Notes under the pieces: model-generated | Told to the model about the DNA's origin: nothing | The model's database searches: none | Seen by the model: the letters and a program-made list of their open reading frames with translations, nothing else | Shown: positions 1 to 7,684 of the stretch, one piece after another | Position numbering within the stretch: position 1 is the first letter of the stretch | Layout of the letters: each line of letters starts with the position of its first letter | Source: Bdellovibrionales bacterium | GTDB taxonomy: Bacteria > Bdellovibrionota > Bdellovibrionia > Bdellovibrionales > Bdellovibrionaceae | Reading direction: 5' to 3' | DNA: 64,000 bases | Assembly (NCBI GenBank): GCA_031370005.1 | Contig: JANMPT010000003.1 | Location: forward strand, 32,987-96,986 | Translations under genes and position numbers: made by a program

Positions 1-369
1 CGATGCAGTTGTGGTATCAAAAGATTCTCGAAGGGTGATGAAGCTGGCCTGATGCTTTTTTAACAGATCCCTGATGTCACAAAAATCACGAATATTACGG
101 GATAAACGGGACAGCTCAGTTGCCAAAATCAAATTCACACGGCCGCCCTGGACGTCGGCTAGCATTCTTCTGAACTCAGGCCGATTCATATCTTTGGCAG
201 ATCTACCTTCGTCACAATAGAATTCTACAATGTGACCCCAGTTGGCCTTGAGCTTGTTTTGATATTCCACATACTCAACAATTCGATTTTTCTGCGAGAC
301 CAGGGAGCCATCTACAATTCTGGCCTGCTCTTCCGTCGATACCCGAATGTACACTCCGCAACGCTTCAT
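1..369 (-). CDS. Large serine recombinase (resolvase catalytic domain), 5' part; runs off the window
   Basis: Hand translation from ATG at 369: MKRCGVYIRVSTEEQARIVDGSLVSQ...YCDEGRSAKDMNRPEFRRML...TELSRLSRN. Shows the YxRVST catalytic Ser, DEGxS and SRLSR motifs. Absent from the ORF track because the stop lies outside the window. Confidence 0.93.
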   Translation of the reverse strand, partial: MKRCGVYIRVSTEEQARIVDGSLVSQKNRIVEYVEYQNKLKANWGHIVEFYCDEGRSAKDMNRPEFRRMLADVQGGRVNLILATELSRLSRNIRDFCDIRDLLKKHQASFITLRESFDTTTAS

Positions 370-560
370 GCGACCTCGCTTTCGATAAAGTCCTTTTGAA
401 TGGCCTCAGTTTTATCATGGTCATTGCCCATTTCAAGTAGGCATTTTATGACGCGAGCTACGCGCTCGTTATAATCTTCCTCAGTTATTTTAATCTTCAC
501 GACCGCCACATTTTCTTCGTAAACGTAATCATTTTTAGAACCCATTATTTTAATCCCCAC
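366..560 (-). CDS. Small hypothetical protein translationally coupled to the recombinase (candidate directionality factor)
   Basis: 64 aa. The TGA stop overlaps the recombinase ATG (ATGA at 366-369). GGAGGT lies upstream. Confidence 0.55.
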   Translation of the reverse strand: MGIKIMGSKNDYVYEENVAVVKIKITEEDYNERVARVIKCLLEMGNDHDKTEAIQKDFIESEVA

Positions 561-640
561 ATACCAATCACCTCCCGGCTCAAGTTTTATTTTTCAAATT
601 TTCATGCCTCCGTTTTTCCTTTCTTCGTTTTCAGTTTTAG

Positions 641-1630
641 TTATCCACATTTCTCATAACCCCTCTCCGTCACATCTTTATCAGTCCCAGATCCCTCTTC
701 TCCGGCCACAGCTTCTGACCCCAGTCCACCTTTCGTTGGGGGAGTGGGGTCAGAAGCGATCAGTGGCCGGTTCCCAGGTTCTGTTTTTTCTGAATTTATT
801 TGTGATGGAGAGGGGTTATCTGCAATTTCCGCGTTCAAATTTTGGTCGGCTTTGTTGCTCACCCCTTGAGTAGCTTTGTTTCCCTCTGATTTCCACACAT
901 CAAAGGCCAATTCGCCAAATGAGACAAAGCGGCTATCTTTTAAAAAGAAAACTTTTGAGTCTCTTTTATTCTTAAAAAAGTCATTAAGGTGGCTCACAAA
1001 GATATGCTGCCGATCATTTCTAAAACTTTGCTTTTGCCAACCGGCTTTAAGTGCATGGACAAGGCCCTTGTCTTTGATGAAGTACCAAATAATATCAATA
1101 CGGTTTTTGTCAGCGTACTCAGTGAATGTTTCCCGGTATCTCAAGTGGCTTTTCTGAGTAAGCTCTAGCTCCACCGCAATCACCAAAGCTTTGCCATTCA
1201 TCATCTCCGCCATGAGCCCATCTGGGATGATTTTGTTACGGGCTTTTTTATAATCATGTCTGAAAGCTCCTGCCTTCATGACACATTCGGAAGTCCACTC
1301 AAGGCCAAGATTCATTGCCTCAAAGGCAAGTCTCAAGTCATTCAAAAGCACATCATGTTCAATGGTGTTGCGGTTTGAAAATTTAAATGAGTCTTCTAAA
1401 CCGAGAAGTCTTCGGCCGCCAACATCAAGCCGCCAGGTGTTTGTGCCATTCTTTAATGTCACTCCGCGAGAGATAAAACGCCCTTCCTCTAAAAGGCGCA
1501 GCCGCTTCATGACAGTGGTGTGGGCAACACCCTTAAAAAAGAGAGCCCCAATTTGACGAGTCGAGAGGACTCCAAATTTATAAATACTGGCAATAATTTC
1601 TTTGTCCCTTGCCTGTAACTTCATCCCCAA
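641..1630 (-). CDS. Replication-relaxation (Replic_Relax / MOB-C-like, PD-(D/E)xK) protein
   Basis: N-terminal wHTH (RDKEIIASIYKFGVLSTRQI...KRLRLLEEGRFI), then HDVLL, IPDG and AVELELTQKS (D...ExExxxK). Low-complexity C-tail. Confidence 0.82.
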   Translation of the reverse strand: MGMKLQARDKEIIASIYKFGVLSTRQIGALFFKGVAHTTVMKRLRLLEEGRFISRGVTLKNGTNTWRLDVGGRRLLGLEDSFKFSNRNTIEHDVLLNDLRLAFEAMNLGLEWTSECVMKAGAFRHDYKKARNKIIPDGLMAEMMNGKALVIAVELELTQKSHLRYRETFTEYADKNRIDIIWYFIKDKGLVHALKAGWQKQSFRNDRQHIFVSHLNDFFKNKRDSKVFFLKDSRFVSFGELAFDVWKSEGNKATQGVSNKADQNLNAEIADNPSPSQINSEKTEPGNRPLIASDPTPPTKGGLGSEAVAGEEGSGTDKDVTERGYEKCG

Positions 1631-2229
1631 TGTCCTTTGATGATTTCATTGATGGCTTTTTTGCTCACGACTTTAAGACTTTTCTCGTGAGCTTGACGGG
1701 CCAGCTCCTCGGAAATCTTGCGCTCATATTCAACCTCCTGGGCCTTCAGAATTTCCAACTGCTTCGCCTCATACTTTTTACGGCGTTCATTGGCCGCAGT
1801 GATTTTGGCTTGTTCCATCTGCTGACGCTGTTCTTCCGGCAAAGCCATATAGGCATTTTCTTTTTCAATTCGCCCCAACTCAATCCGCTGAAGAATAGCC
1901 TGGCATTCCAGTTCATCCAGCTCGGCTTGGGTGAGACGCTTTTCTTCGGCCAATTGCTTTTGCTTGTGGGTCCAATTATTCAAAAAGAATTTCAAGGCAG
2001 GGGTAGAAATCAGAAATAGAAAAAATAGGCCAGCGCAGATCAGGCAAAGGTAAACTGCATTGACCTCCATGCGCCATAGAGGCCCAACAAGACCATCCCA
2101 AAGGAAATGGCCCCTGTGATCAAGACCACTGATCCAAAAGCCCCAACGAAGCACGTTAAAGAGAAATACACACATGCCCAGTTTTATTAAGAGCACTTTC
2201 TCAAAATTTTTTATAGGCACCTCCCTCAT
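1621..2229 (-). CDS. Hypothetical membrane protein with two TM segments and a coiled-coil C-terminus
   Basis: Two hydrophobic stretches followed by an E/K/Q-rich helix. Overlaps the relaxase start, so likely the same operon. Confidence 0.65.
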   Translation of the reverse strand: MREVPIKNFEKVLLIKLGMCVFLFNVLRWGFWISGLDHRGHFLWDGLVGPLWRMEVNAVYLCLICAGLFFLFLISTPALKFFLNNWTHKQKQLAEEKRLTQAELDELECQAILQRIELGRIEKENAYMALPEEQRQQMEQAKITAANERRKKYEAKQLEILKAQEVEYERKISEELARQAHEKSLKVVSKKAINEIIKGHWG

Positions 2230-2354
2230 TTAAAAATCACTCGCTTCTCATAGGTAATATCAAAAACGATGCCGTATTCGTGTCGCAGAGTGATTTTTCT
2301 ATAAGCCTTTGTTTTCAAGACACAAAAATGATTTCCATACTTTTTGTGGCCCGC

Positions 2355-2723
2355 TTTAAGTGACGAAACTTCGTCACTTAAAATTTAGGCTCGCCCTCGG
2401 TTTTGAACCTCAATTGAATCAATTCACCAACTTAGCAACGACGAGACCTCGACACGATTTGACGAACATTCGTCGCACACGACTTTTTAAAATTGCAAGG
2501 CCATGCCAGCATGACCGAAAAGTGATTTAAGTTTTGGGAAACTCAAACGAATATTGAGATCCATCTCAATATGATAGGGCTGAAAAGTTTCAAATAATTT
2601 GAAACTTTTTTTTGGGTCTTGAATGAAATCATAGACTTGAGTCATTTCAAATTTCTTGAAGACTTTCAGGAAATTTGAAACCTCAAGCTCTGGCTGGGTT
2701 TTTCGGGTGACGAAATTTCGTCA
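2355..2723. promoter_or_regulatory. Cluster of inverted repeats; candidate oriT/origin and operator region of the element
   Basis: GACGAA-NN-TTCGTC occurs three times (2355-2382 with 13-bp arms, 2461-2474, 2708-2723). Also ATATTGAGAT-CC-ATCTCAATAT at 2551-2572 and TTTCAAAT...ATTTGAAA hairpins at 2583-2609 and 2645-2680. Confidence 0.6.
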
Positions 2724-2840
2724 TTTCAGAGGTCGACTTTACCGGTAATCGCAGTGGGTATAAGTGCTTAAAATTGTTGAGGTAAATCGGCTACGTTTTT
2801 AGACTAAAATTTCGATGCCGATGAAATCAATTTATCCGTG

Positions 2841-2866
2841 GGGTTCGAATCCCTCCCTCTCCGCCA
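2841..2866 (+). mobile_element. tRNA-Ser-like 3' fragment (T-loop to CCA); probable attR
   Basis: GGGTTCGAATCCCTCCCTCTCCGCCA with G discriminator. No matching GGAGAGG 5' acceptor strand or D/anticodon arms upstream. Confidence 0.8.
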
Positions 2867-2960
2867 TTTCCGAAAGTCTGGTTGTGAAAGGCGACCTCAA
2901 TAAGGACGGTTGGGAATAAACCCTCGGGGGAATAAAGAAGAGAGCAAGCCCAAACGGCCG

Positions 2961-3827
2961 TCACAATAGTGATGAAAGATTTTCGGTAAGAAATTTTTTA
3001 AATGAAATAGCATCTCGCTTCAAAATATCGGAAACCACAGATGTTGGTTTAGAGAACTGGCCATTTGCGATGTTCTCACCCAGTTTCGTGAGATCGCTTG
3101 CCAACCAAGCGGGATATCCCATAGCAGTTAGCCCCTGCACGAGTTGTTGAGAAGGCATGTTTACATAATTTATTTCTCTTTTTAAAAGTGAAGTTAGCGC
3201 CTCTGCCGCATCGCTGAACGAAATCGCCTCACTTCCCGAGATCACATAAGTTTTTCCCGCGTGACCGTTTTCCTGAAGGCAGGCGACGGCTACTGCGGCA
3301 ATGTCGCGAGCATCAACCATTGCGAGTAAACCATCACTATAATTTCCATACACTGCATTCTGTGATTTAATCGCCCCAGCCTGTGCAATGAAGTTCTGCA
3401 TAAAAAAATAGGGTTGCAGGATTGAAAATGAAATTTCAGAGTTTTTTAGGTAATCGTCAGCTTTGGCATGCTGTTGTGCTTGTGATATTGGAGAATCCTT
3501 ACTTGCTCCAGCCCCGGAAAGCATAACGATTCGCCTTACGCCAACCTTTTTAGCAACATCAATAGCATTTTTCTTCAATTCAGCTTCATTTTGAGTAGGG
3601 GGTGCCAACAAAAAAAGCCTTTCAATTCCGGTGAGTGCTTTTTCCAGGCTAGACAAATCCTCTAAATCCCCAGTTACCGCTTCGATATTGAGTTCCTCCG
3701 CCATCTTCGCGGATTTGGAACTGCGAGAAAGCATTTTTGTTTGAATATGCGATTTAGAAAGTTGTTTGAGAACCTCGATTCCAACTTTGCCCGTACCGCC
3801 AATAACGAGAATCATATTACGCTCCAT
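2961..3827 (-). CDS. NmrA-family / SDR NAD(P)-binding oxidoreductase
   Basis: ILVIGGTGKVG Rossmann motif, LQPYFFMQN, VDARDIAAVA. Confidence 0.9.
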   Translation of the reverse strand: MERNMILVIGGTGKVGIEVLKQLSKSHIQTKMLSRSSKSAKMAEELNIEAVTGDLEDLSSLEKALTGIERLFLLAPPTQNEAELKKNAIDVAKKVGVRRIVMLSGAGASKDSPISQAQQHAKADDYLKNSEISFSILQPYFFMQNFIAQAGAIKSQNAVYGNYSDGLLAMVDARDIAAVAVACLQENGHAGKTYVISGSEAISFSDAAEALTSLLKREINYVNMPSQQLVQGLTAMGYPAWLASDLTKLGENIANGQFSKPTSVVSDILKRDAISFKKFLTENLSSLL

Positions 3828-3842
3828 CTTGCTAATGTGGGT

Positions 3843-4283
3843 TTAAGTCAGAAGCTTGTGCAACTTCTCAAATGAGCTTTCCCAGCCATGGGTGTGGCCG
3901 GAGCAATCCTTTTCATCAATGAATCCAGTTTGACTAAGCGTGATTTCAGTCCCATCAGCTACTTTTCGAAATTCAACTGTCACCGTTGTGTGTGGCGCGG
4001 GACCTCTCCAAGTACCTGTGCAATCAAATACAAGGCGCTCATTTGGAACAATTTCCATGTAGGTGCCAGACATGTTGCCGGTAGTCTGTTGGCCACGCAT
4101 CTCTCCTTCCATAGAAATAACAAATTTTCCGCCCACTTTAAAATCAACTTGGACCTCAGGAATTGATAATGTTCCCGGAGCAAACCAGCTTTTTAGTAAA
4201 TTTGGGCTTTTCCAAGCATCAAAAACTTTCTCCGGGGACGCCTTTATCGTCTTTTTCATTTGTACTTTAATGTTTGGGTTCAT
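3843..4283 (-). CDS. SRPBCC (AHA1/START-like) domain protein
   Basis: IKASPEKVFDAW...W, Y.EIVPNERLVF, GWESSFEKL. Start moved to MNPNIK, which has a GGAGG RBS. Confidence 0.88.
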   Translation of the reverse strand: MNPNIKVQMKKTIKASPEKVFDAWKSPNLLKSWFAPGTLSIPEVQVDFKVGGKFVISMEGEMRGQQTTGNMSGTYMEIVPNERLVFDCTGTWRGPAPHTTVTVEFRKVADGTEITLSQTGFIDEKDCSGHTHGWESSFEKLHKLLT

Positions 4284-4611
4284 GTTTTTTCTCCTCCAAA
4301 AGTTCTTGAAGCGCGTCCAAACGATTGCCCCAAAATTGTTGATAATATGAAATCCATTGATCTGCCGTCTTAAGAGTCTCGGCATTGAGACTGACAATCT
4401 GATAACTGCCCTCTTTTTTCCTGTCGATTAACTTTGCGTTCTCAAGCACCTTGAGATGCTTCGATACAGCCGCTAAAGACATTGTAAATGGCTTGGCAAT
4501 TTCGCTCACGGTTTTTTGCTTCTTCGATATGCCTCGCATTATGGAGCGACGAGTAGAATCTGCCAAAGCATGAAAAATTAGGTCTAATTGTCCTATTTCA
4601 GATTTAACCAT
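4267..4611 (-). CDS. ArsR/SmtB-family transcriptional regulator
   Basis: LDLIFHALADSTRRSI...MSLAAVSKHLKVLE; typical partner of SRPBCC genes. Confidence 0.92.
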   Translation of the reverse strand: MVKSEIGQLDLIFHALADSTRRSIMRGISKKQKTVSEIAKPFTMSLAAVSKHLKVLENAKLIDRKKEGSYQIVSLNAETLKTADQWISYYQQFWGNRLDALQELLEEKKHEPKH

Positions 4612-4657
4612 ATGGTTTAATGATAACAGATTCTACTATAGAGTCAACCATTTGGTT
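4606..4657. promoter_or_regulatory. Two AACCAT(A/T)TGGTT palindromes (likely ArsR operators) flanking a sigma70-like promoter
   Basis: AACCATATGGTT at 4606-4617 overlaps the start codon. AACCATTTGGTT at 4646-4657 overlaps TTGACT on the minus strand. Confidence 0.7.
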
Positions 4658-4777
4658 AAATCATTGAAAAGGTTCGGAATTAATCGAGCTCTCGGAAATA
4701 ATCTCAGAATTCAGCATTGGGCATTACCGGACAGAAGTGCCACCCAAGTTACTCTTTTAAAGAAAATCGAGAGCGAA

Positions 4778-4849
4778 TTAAGATTTGCGCTTTTTTCCCC
4801 AATCGTACATGGCATCCAATATCGGTCGAAGGCTCCTGCCTGAATCCGT
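4778..4849 (-). pseudogene. C-terminal remnant of an HxlR-family regulator
   Basis: Hand translation TDSGRSLRPILDAMYDWGKKRKS*, the characteristic HxlR C-terminal helix. The rest of the gene is absent. Confidence 0.7.
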
Positions 4850-5290
4850 CTTCTATTTTTATTTGTTTCTCAAGCCTTTGCCCAGAATATCCCGACCGAG
4901 TCTCCGGTGCTTGAGGATGTGATCATCAACTCGATGAGCGTCACTTACCCTTCTCCTTATAAGATTTCGATGGCAACTTATCTTGGACAAGCTCCGAAAT
5001 ATCGGCAGACGGCTACATATAATTGTGGACTGAGTGCACGCAACGGCTATGACCTCTGGTGCTGGGGATTTTCTGGGGGCGGCGCCCAATTGCGTATGTT
5101 TCCAGATTTGGGAATCGATTCGAAAAATTTGCGCCTTCCCCCCGAGTCAGGGAACACCTTTGCCCGTATGAATACGACCAAGACCAATTGCGAGAAAATG
5201 CAACAGGATCTTGCAAATGCGAGCTCAGAGAAACAATTTGTTCTCCGCGTTTATGGCAACAGAAGCTTTACTTTAACTCCACGGCCTTAA
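4850..5290 (+). pseudogene. 5'-truncated secreted hypothetical protein
   Basis: The frame of ORF 4907-5290 extends upstream as LLFLFVSQAFA|QNIPTES (signal peptide h/c region) with no start codon. Confidence 0.55.
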
Positions 5291-5305
5291 ACGAAGTTGC
5301 AACCC

Positions 5306-5548
5306 CTATGCTTTCTTTCTAAAAACGGTCTGCTCAAGCTTTTCTAGACGGTCCTCTACAGAGTCATGGGACTCAATAGATTTTCTGAGAAACCAATTTA
5401 AGAAGGTTTGGTATCCCATTCCTTGTTTCTCGCCCTCAGATTCCAACCATTCAATGACCTCAGCATCAAGCCGAAAAGTCTTGATGACTTTGATGTCTTT
5501 TGCTTTTTTACCCCTTTTTGCCTTTGAGAAATCATATTCATTTTTCAT
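5306..5548 (-). CDS. brnA: BrnA-like antitoxin (RHH/CopG-type)
   Basis: MKNEYDFSKAKRG...TFRLDAEVIEWL...GMGYQTFLNWFLR; directly downstream of brnT. Confidence 0.85.
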   Translation of the reverse strand: MKNEYDFSKAKRGKKAKDIKVIKTFRLDAEVIEWLESEGEKQGMGYQTFLNWFLRKSIESHDSVEDRLEKLEQTVFRKKA

Positions 5549-5551
5549 AAC

Positions 5552-5830
5552 TCACCTCGAAAGATATTGGTTTGACTCGGTTTTGGTGGCTGGTCTTGCA
5601 GAGATAATTCGGACCCGCTCACCCTCAATTTTTTCACAATAAACAACCACTAACAAATTGGCCTTTCGTGATATCCCCAGCCTAAGCCATCTCTCTTCAT
5701 CATGAGAGTGTTCTGGGTCTGGAGTTTCTAGGGCAGAATTATCAAGCCAAATGGTTATTGCCTCAGAAAAGCGAATCCCATGCTTTTTATAGTTGCTGTC
5801 TGCCTTGGTGTCGTCCCACTCAAAGTCCAT
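5552..5830 (-). CDS. brnT: BrnT-family ribonuclease toxin
   Basis: MDFEWDDTKADSNYKKHGIRFSEA...EERW...RIISARPAT. Confidence 0.93.
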   Translation of the reverse strand: MDFEWDDTKADSNYKKHGIRFSEAITIWLDNSALETPDPEHSHDEERWLRLGISRKANLLVVVYCEKIEGERVRIISARPATKTESNQYLSR

Positions 5831-5879
5831 AATTCACTATATTATATTGTTATTACTTTGTAAATACATTTTTAAAATC

Positions 5880-6119
5880 TCATATAGTTGGTTTTAAAGC
5901 GTTTTGCCGCACAAAGGCCTCTGAAGCCCCAATGGCCCTCGCTGTTTTCCCGGAATTCCCATATTTCTTGATAAGCGTCAGCAGGTCGGCCGGCAAAAGG
6001 GCCTTCGGCTCCGCAACAACCTCAAATTCAGCTTGAAACACCGGCTCAGATCGAAATAAAGTGCTCGCAGAGATGGCGAGCGGTTCGTCTACTTCGGTGA
6101 CTTTGGCACCATTTAACAT
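5880..6119 (-). CDS. Small putative HTH protein spanning an att-like junction
   Basis: 79 aa. C-terminal LIKKYGNSGKTARAIGASEAFVRQN looks like an HTH. A related tail, GASQAFVGQN, recurs at 7685-7720. Confidence 0.45.
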   Translation of the reverse strand: MLNGAKVTEVDEPLAISASTLFRSEPVFQAEFEVVAEPKALLPADLLTLIKKYGNSGKTARAIGASEAFVRQNALKPTI

Positions 6120-6180
6120 TTTCAGTCACTTGTACCAATACGGCGAATGGCTTTTTCAATTCAAATTCAATACTTACACC
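6046..6180 (-). pseudogene. Probable C-terminal remnant of a large serine recombinase
   Basis: Hand translation GVSIEFELKKPFAVLVQVTENVKWCQSHRSRRTARHLCEHFISI*. Bases 6135-6176 (42 bp) are identical to 7732-7773. Family assignment is by recalled resemblance only. Confidence 0.6.
6073..6111 (+). repeat. att-like junction, copy 1
   Basis: ATGGCGAGCGGTTCGTCTA-N13-GGCACCA; ungapped match to 6901-6939. Confidence 0.6.
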
Positions 6181-6269
6181 CTTCTAGCCCCTGATATACG
6201 TTGGACATATTTACGACGGCTTTCGAAGTGCCGAGGGGCAAATGGCTAAGAAAGGCAGTGTAATTGATT

Positions 6270-6467
6270 TTAACGCCATTCATAGTGTCCCATGTGAGGT
6301 GTTTTTTTCAAATGTAATTTAAGGCCGTTGATATCTTGCTCAAGTTCAAGAAACTTTCGGTCCGCGAACTCTTGAGACTGCTCAAGGTTGTGAGTGTAAA
6401 GCCAGAATGCAGCCTCTTCTAGCTCAGCTTTGAACTTGTCGGATTCGAGGATTTCAAATGCTTGCAT
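6270..6467 (-). pseudogene. Truncated RelE/ParE-like toxin
   Basis: Adjacent to a Phd antitoxin. Stops just after LKKTPHMG, the P-x-MG midpoint of ParE/RelE toxins. Confidence 0.55.
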
Positions 6468-6764
6468 TTAGCCGACGGCTTTCTTCGTTCTCTTTGCATT
6501 GAGGGCTCGTGTTTTGGCGCGATTCAAAGTGTCCTTTGTCGATTGGTCCGTGACACGACTCACTCGTCCTTGAGCAATATCAACAAGGCCAACAGTCAGC
6601 CCATGCAGCCTAGCAAGATCGAGCTGCATTTTCTCAAAAACGTCGGCATTAAGAAGAACGAAGGCTTCCCCAGATTTTCGAGTGATTTTAACAGGCTCAA
6701 CCCTTGCGGCTTCCATCCACTCTTTCATATTTGATCTGAAGTCATTGGCATTTGTTCTGTCCAT
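6468..6764 (-). CDS. Phd/YefM-family antitoxin
   Basis: NANDFRSNMKEWME...EPVKITRKSGEAFVLLN. AGGAGG RBS before the ATG at 6764. AGTAC-N8-GTACT operator-like palindrome at 6786-6803. Confidence 0.88.
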   Translation of the reverse strand: MDRTNANDFRSNMKEWMEAARVEPVKITRKSGEAFVLLNADVFEKMQLDLARLHGLTVGLVDIAQGRVSRVTDQSTKDTLNRAKTRALNAKRTKKAVG

Positions 6765-6900
6765 AGACACCTCCTATTCTTAAATAGTACACTTAACCGT
6801 ACTGTTAGCCAAGATGCTATTTTATCAGAAAAGTACCGTGTCTTGACTGGTAAAGCGAATACAACGTGATTGCATCCACTGTATAGGATACGTTTTATCC

Positions 6901-6939
6901 ATTGCCAGAGGTTCTTCTAGCCTACGGCCGTGGGCACCA
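6901..6939 (+). repeat. att-like junction, copy 2 (ends like a tRNA-Leu/Phe 3' end)
   Basis: ATTGCCAGAGGTTCTTCTA-N13-GGCACCA. The right end CGGC-CGTGGGC-A-CCA parses as part of a T-stem strand, an acceptor strand and NCCA. Confidence 0.6.
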
Positions 6940-6993
6940 CTGATTTTCGGGTCCACCCCGAAGACATAGGGAACACTTTTCGGTATCTGCGGT

Positions 6994-7305
6994 TTAGCTC
7001 GCCTTAGAAAAACTAAAACCAAACTCAAAGTGACCACCACAAGCGGCCGCTATGCGAGCCAACAGCGGAATAGACGGCACTCGCTTATCAGAACCACCCT
7101 CAAGTCTTGCAATCACACTTTGAGTCGTTCCAATCAGTTTAGCTAATTGAGCCTGAGTTAAGTCAGCTTTCATGCGCGCAGCTCTAACCGCATGCGCGAT
7201 TTCAGTTTTAGATTTTTCTTCTTCAAACTGAATACGAACTTCTTTGTCTTTTAATATTTTTTGAAAAAATGGCTTTGCTGATTTGTATGATTTTTTATTT
7301 TTCAT
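6994..7305 (-). CDS. XRE/HigA-type HTH antitoxin
   Basis: ARMKADLTQAQLAKLIGTTQSVIARLEGG; ATGA overlap with the upstream toxin. Confidence 0.9.
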   Translation of the reverse strand: MKNKKSYKSAKPFFQKILKDKEVRIQFEEEKSKTEIAHAVRAARMKADLTQAQLAKLIGTTQSVIARLEGGSDKRVPSIPLLARIAAACGGHFEFGFSFSKAS

Positions 7306-7637
7306 AATCCTAAAACCTCTTTCATTCTTTTTTCAGCGATTTCAAGATCGCCCGTTGGTGTTTTCTGAGTTTTCTTTTTAAAAGCATGAAGCCAAACCAT
7401 CGTATTTGTTTCAACAACAACATAGGCTATGCGGTAGCTGCCGCTTGGTGTATTAAACTTTACTTCCCAGAGTTTACCGCGAAGCTGCCTAAACTGAACA
7501 CGCGGACAACCTAATCCATATTTTTCAATACCTTCAAAGACATCAGCAAAACGTGCTTGATCTGCTTTTGGCAGATCACTGATAAAATCTTCGATTGGGC
7601 TTCGTCCTGACGACGTTTCGTAAAGAGCTACTTTCAC
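7302..7637 (-). CDS. HigB/RelE (Gp49-like) toxin
   Basis: YETSSGRSPIEDFI...LRGKLWEVK...YRIAY...LHAFKKKTQKTP...AEKRMKE. Confidence 0.92.
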   Translation of the reverse strand: MKVALYETSSGRSPIEDFISDLPKADQARFADVFEGIEKYGLGCPRVQFRQLRGKLWEVKFNTPSGSYRIAYVVVETNTMVWLHAFKKKTQKTPTGDLEIAEKRMKEVLGL

Positions 7638-7672
7638 ACCCTTAATATAGCCAAAAGGCTATATTAAGGCAA
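7638..7672 (-). promoter_or_regulatory. sigma70 promoter with an overlapping 13-bp-arm operator palindrome; probably leaderless
   Basis: TTGCCT-N17-TATATT-N6-GTG start. CCTTAATATAGCC-AAAA-GGCTATATTAAGG at 7640-7669. Confidence 0.75.
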
Positions 7673-7684
7673 GATTTTTTTAAT

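Noticed and set aside
2493..2508. TGGCATGGCCTTGCA on the minus strand as a sigma54 promoter
   Set aside because: Only 9 nt separate GG and GC; sigma54 needs 10.
2780..2866. Complete tRNA-Ser gene
   Set aside because: No 5' acceptor strand, D arm or anticodon arm; only the 3' 26 nt are tRNA-like.
6825..7040. 71-aa ORF as a real gene
   Set aside because: It starts inside the higA-like gene and crosses the att-like junction; better explained as mosaic DNA.
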